Assembly (NCBI GenBank): GCA_963702845.1 | Contig: OY969763.1 | Location: forward strand, 5,312,001 to 5,376,000 | Length of the DNA: 64,000 nucleotides | Reading direction: 5' to 3' | Source: an uncultured Verrucomicrobiae bacterium | Lineage (GTDB): Bacteria > Verrucomicrobiota > Verrucomicrobiia > Limisphaerales > Palsa-1400 | In this document: positions 60,247 through 64,000 of the stretch, piece by piece | Numbering within the stretch: position 1 is the first letter of the stretch | How the letters are laid out: every line of letters starts with the position of its first letter | Made by a program: the position numbers and the translations under genes | Notes under the pieces: generated by a model | What the model saw: the letters and a program-made list of their open reading frames with translations, nothing else | Databases searched by the model: none | Told to the model about the DNA's origin: nothing

Positions 60247-60789
60247 ATGGCGAACAAATCAGTGTTTTGTCTCTCGATGGATGAAGGACAGGCAATTCGC
60301 ATCGTCGATCGTTTGAAGAACGCCGGCTTTGGGAATAACGATATTTCAGTGCTGTTGCCGGACAAGAGCAGCACGCGCGAGTTCGCCCACGAAAAAGGAA
60401 CGAAAGCTCCGGAAGGCGCGATTACTGGCGTCGGTGCCGGTGGTGTGCTTGGTGGGGCCCTCGGATGGCTGGCAGGAATTGGCGCTTTGGCGATTCCCGG
60501 CGTTGGACCATTGATCGCGGCAGGGCCAATCATGGCGGCGCTGAGCGGAGCGGCGGTGGGTGCGGCGACCGGCGGTATTGTTGGTAGTCTCGTTGGAATG
60601 GGCATTCCCGAATACGAAGCCAAGCGTTACCAGAATCGCGTGCGCGAAGGCAGAATCCTGATTGCGGTGCACTCGGAAAATGCCGACCAAACCCGCAGCG
60701 CGAAGCAGATTTTCGAAGACTCGGGCGCGGAAGATATCGCAACGGCAGGTGAACAAGCGGTCCCCGATCGCGAATCCGTCCGGCGCTAA
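60247..60789 (+). CDS. General-stress-type membrane protein (glycine zipper)
   Basis: LKNAGF..NDISVL, GGVLGGALGWLAGIGALAIPGVGP, GIPEYEAKRY. Confidence 0.8.
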   Translation: MANKSVFCLSMDEGQAIRIVDRLKNAGFGNNDISVLLPDKSSTREFAHEKGTKAPEGAITGVGAGGVLGGALGWLAGIGALAIPGVGPLIAAGPIMAALSGAAVGAATGGIVGSLVGMGIPEYEAKRYQNRVREGRILIAVHSENADQTRSAKQIFEDSGAEDIATAGEQAVPDRESVRR

Positions 60790-60839
60790 GCGCGAACCGA
60801 TTTAGATGACTCTGCCGTTTAAGCGGCGTAATCGCCGTC

Positions 60840-62075
60840 TTAAACGTATTCCGCTTCTTCGACTTTCAGCGCCTTAACAGTTGGGGTTCCATCGGCGGCT
60901 TCCGGATATTCGAAAATCTTGCCTTCGAAATTCCGCAGCACGATGCGGTCATTGTTGTGGCTGAGCACGTACTCCGGATTGACGGGGATTTTTCCGCCCC
61001 CGCCAGGCGCGTCGATGACGTATTGGGGAACGGCATAGCCGGTCGTGTGGCCGCGCAGTTCCTGCATGATCTCGAGACCTTTGCGGACGCTGGCGCGAAG
61101 ATGCGCAGAGCCGCTGATCAAGTCGCATTGATATAAATAGTACGGCTTCACGCGACAGAGCAGCAGCTTCTGAACCTGTGCGCGCATCGTAACCGGGTCG
61201 TCGTTGACGTTGCGCAGCAGGACAGACTGGTTGCCCATCGGAATGCCGGCATCGGCGAGACGGCCAAGCGCGTCGCGGACTTCGGTCGTCAATTCGCGCG
61301 GGTGATTTGAGTGAACGCTGACGAAGAGCGGATGAAATTTTTTCAAGGTCGCGCAAAGCTCAGGCGTGATGCGTTGCGGCAGGAAAATCGGAATGCGCGT
61401 TCCGATGCGGATAAACTCCAAGTGCGGGATTTGTCTTAAGCGGCTCAGCAAATACTCGATCTTTTCGTCATTGAAGAGCAACGGGTCGCCGCCGCTCAAG
61501 AGGACGTCGCGCACAGTTTTGGTGCGCGCGATATAATCGAGTTGCCGATCAAACTCAGGATGGAAATCGTAACCACTGGCATTGCTGACCAGGCGCGAAC
61601 GCGTGCAATACCGACAATACGACGCGCAACGGTCGGTAACGAGCATCAGGACGCGGTCGGGATAGCGGTGGACCAGACCAGGAACCGGCGAGTGCGAATC
61701 CTCGCCGCACGGATCGCTCATTTCCCAGGGCGCGGTGTTCGCTTCGCCTTCGCGCGGGATGACTTGCCAGCGAATGGGGCAATTTTCGTCCGCTGCATCG
61801 ATCAGGTTGAAAAAGTAAGGCGTGATCGCGATGGACAGTTTGTTGCTGGCAAACAAAGCGCCAGCGTGTTCGTCCGGAGTCAGCGTCGGCAGAAACTTTT
61901 GCAGTTGCGCCAAAGACGTGATTCGATTGCGAAGTTGCCACTTCCAGTCGTTCCAGTCGGTGTCCGAAACGTCGGACCAGAACCCGCGACCGGCAGAACG
62001 GAACTGCTTTAAACTGTTGAGTTTAGCGGAATCAGCCTGGCTGCGGGCCTGAGCCGCGGTACTGTGACTGCTCAT
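60840..62075 (-). CDS. kamA: Lysine 2,3-aminomutase (KamA-family radical SAM)
   Basis: WNDWKWQ, HRYPDR, CASYCRYCTR, SGGDPL, YLYQCD, VIDAPGGGGK (PLP lysine). Confidence 0.88.
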   Translation of the reverse strand: MSSHSTAAQARSQADSAKLNSLKQFRSAGRGFWSDVSDTDWNDWKWQLRNRITSLAQLQKFLPTLTPDEHAGALFASNKLSIAITPYFFNLIDAADENCPIRWQVIPREGEANTAPWEMSDPCGEDSHSPVPGLVHRYPDRVLMLVTDRCASYCRYCTRSRLVSNASGYDFHPEFDRQLDYIARTKTVRDVLLSGGDPLLFNDEKIEYLLSRLRQIPHLEFIRIGTRIPIFLPQRITPELCATLKKFHPLFVSVHSNHPRELTTEVRDALGRLADAGIPMGNQSVLLRNVNDDPVTMRAQVQKLLLCRVKPYYLYQCDLISGSAHLRASVRKGLEIMQELRGHTTGYAVPQYVIDAPGGGGKIPVNPEYVLSHNNDRIVLRNFEGKIFEYPEAADGTPTVKALKVEEAEYV

Positions 62076-62142
62076 TTTCGTTAATGCGACTATCTAACCT
62101 CAGGTGGCAGGTGTCAAGTTGAGGGAAAAGAGGATTCGGACG

Positions 62143-62224
62143 AAAGGCTAAAGGCTAAAGGCAGAAAAAAGCGAACGTCCAACGTCCAGCGTTCATGATT
62201 GAACGTGGAACGCTGGACGTTCGC
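62143..62224. repeat. Heptamer-repeat palindrome
   Basis: AAAGGCT x2-3, then the hairpin GCGAACGTCCAACGTCCAGCGTTCA...TGAACGTGGAACGCTGGACGTTCGC. Confidence 0.7.
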
Positions 62225-62231
62225 GCGAATT

Positions 62232-63893
62232 CTATTGTGATTCAGGTGCCGTCACTGCTGGTTCGGCGGCTGTTTCCGCTGGTGCGGATTGTTCAGGCGC
62301 GGCTTCGGTTGTAGCAACGGCCAGTGATTCGGTTGGAACCTCGACCGGTGCGGCATCGGTTTCCGCATTCGCTTGAGGCGCGGCCTCAGCTGCGGGCGCT
62401 TCTGTGGGTACAGGAGCAGGGGCAGCTTTTTCCGGCTTCGGCGGTTTCACGACGGGCTTTTTGGCCGTTTCGACAATGCCGTTGGCGAATTCGATGACGT
62501 GGCCCTGATGAATCAACCAGTGCAAGTCCGCCACGAGCACGGCTTGTTCGGGCGTCGGTTCGGGATTCGCAGCCGGTGCGGCCTGTTGTGCCGGTTGGTC
62601 GCCGTTGGCAGCGGGGGCTTCGGCAGCGGGGGCCGGTGCTGGTGTCGGCGAAGGTGCCAACGCCTGGATCAATTTGCGACGGGTACACTTCGAGTTCTTG
62701 TTGATGAACTCGACGATTTTGCGAACGCCTTCGGAAACGGGCGTTGCTTCGAGATCTAGATAATGCGGACGCGCAACGGACACGTGCGTGACCGTTTTGT
62801 TGACCTTGAAGAACTGCAGGCCTTCCGCAGCAAGTTTTTGGCTCAGGGTAGTCGCGAGTTTCAGTGGGAAACGGCGTTGATCTTCCCAGGCGGCGCGCAT
62901 CGCGCGTTGCAAGTTGGCCGATTTAAGTTCGCGGCTGGCCGGACCACCCATCGTATGGGTCTCGACCTGCTTGATGATGTTCGATAAATGCGTTTCGCGG
63001 AAATGTTTTTCGACCTCTTCGCGACTGGTCAGGCGCTTAGGCTCGGGGACATTGAGGCAATCGAATTCGGTGCGAAAACTGCGGTCTTCGATCCACTTTT
63101 TGACGACCGCTTCGTCCTTCACGATTTTGACGCGGGCCTTGAACATGTCGAAGGGCATGCGCGCGAAACGTTCCTGGTGCAGCTTGTGCAACTGGTTCTG
63201 GTAATCGTGATAATTGGGCGGGCCGAGAATGGCACCGCTCATGCCGCATTGGGCCACGAACGTGTAAACACCCTTAGGCGGCTCGATGGCGGTGCGTTCA
63301 GCTTTGTAGAACGTGTCGAAATGTTTCTGCAGAACGTGACTCACGGCTTCCTGTTCGCTCAGCCAAAGGGTGTCGTCGAGCGCGCAAAGGAAGAGCGGTT
63401 GAACAACCTTGCCGTCTTTCTTCTCGGTATCGAATCGGACGAGCTGGCGCTCCGGCTTCTGCAAAATCAATTGTGCGATGTCGAACAATGGATATGCGCG
63501 GCCGGTAGTGCGGATCTGGCGCGCGAGCACGTCGATAGCCGTCGTGTCGGGCAGAAAGGTGATTTCGATTTCCGGAAGCGGCAATGGCTCACGGCGTTCG
63601 AAACGGTCGCCGGCAGGACGACCGCCTCCATCTGGACGGGGGCCGCGTGGGCCGCCGCGTTGGTCGCCACCCGGACGAGAACCGGACGGACGATTGCCGC
63701 GAGCTTGCGGGCCGCGAGGGCCCCCGCTATCGCGTTGGCCAGGCGGACGATCACGGCGCGGACCACGACCACGTTCAGGACGATCTTCGCCGCTGTGGCC
63801 GGCGTATTTATTAAGGGATGGAGAGACTTGAGCCCAAGCGGGCAGAAAAAGCTTCTCTAAATCCAATTCGGAATCTGGCGACACACTACTCAT
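62232..63893 (-). CDS. Hypothetical protein with R/G/P-rich N-terminal and A/P/E-rich C-terminal disordered tails
   Basis: 553-aa ORF; globular core with GRAYPLFDIA, CGMSGAILGPPNYH, DLHWLIHQGHVIEF. Confidence 0.8.
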   Translation of the reverse strand: MSSVSPDSELDLEKLFLPAWAQVSPSLNKYAGHSGEDRPERGRGPRRDRPPGQRDSGGPRGPQARGNRPSGSRPGGDQRGGPRGPRPDGGGRPAGDRFERREPLPLPEIEITFLPDTTAIDVLARQIRTTGRAYPLFDIAQLILQKPERQLVRFDTEKKDGKVVQPLFLCALDDTLWLSEQEAVSHVLQKHFDTFYKAERTAIEPPKGVYTFVAQCGMSGAILGPPNYHDYQNQLHKLHQERFARMPFDMFKARVKIVKDEAVVKKWIEDRSFRTEFDCLNVPEPKRLTSREEVEKHFRETHLSNIIKQVETHTMGGPASRELKSANLQRAMRAAWEDQRRFPLKLATTLSQKLAAEGLQFFKVNKTVTHVSVARPHYLDLEATPVSEGVRKIVEFINKNSKCTRRKLIQALAPSPTPAPAPAAEAPAANGDQPAQQAAPAANPEPTPEQAVLVADLHWLIHQGHVIEFANGIVETAKKPVVKPPKPEKAAPAPVPTEAPAAEAAPQANAETDAAPVEVPTESLAVATTEAAPEQSAPAETAAEPAVTAPESQ

Positions 63894-64000
63894 GAGAAAT
63901 CGATTTTGTGGGTTCTTTCCGTTTGGCTGGAAGCCATCCCCGAAAGCATCGGGGCTGAGGAAAACACCGCTGTATTTTCATATAGCATGGGCGGGCTTTG

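Overview
Gene-dense, GC-rich bacterial chromosome segment, most likely from a verrucomicrobium (PVC superphylum; inferred from gene content, a planctomycete-type cytochrome c, DUF1080 and the intergenic repeat style). It looks origin-proximal: three parS palindromes (two inside mnmG), a DnaA-box plus DnaA-trio module directly upstream of dnaN with no dnaA beside it, and dnaB, parC, xerD, uvrC and a family-4 UDG. Other content: a TetR-controlled RND efflux operon, purC, queE, rsmA, pgi, dksA, bamA-skp, a TMTC-like GT-C/TPR protein with a neighbouring GT2, a sulfatase, an ECF sigma operon, a LysR/B12 radical SAM pair, UbiB, kamA and several hypotheticals. The most striking item is absent from the ORF track: the RND permease starting at 4529 (minus strand) appears to read in frame, with no stop, through an internal signal-peptide-like linker into a NodT/OprM-type outer membrane channel, suggesting a cleaved polyprotein. 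A second theme is DNA elements embedded in frame in proteins (parS in MnmG, a palindrome in UvrC, a heptamer-repeat palindrome encoding a signal peptide). Four genes carry apparent small-indel frameshifts that are probably sequencing or assembly errors. I found no rRNA, tRNA, CRISPR array, transposase or prophage. All protein calls come from motif recognition by eye, not from database searches.
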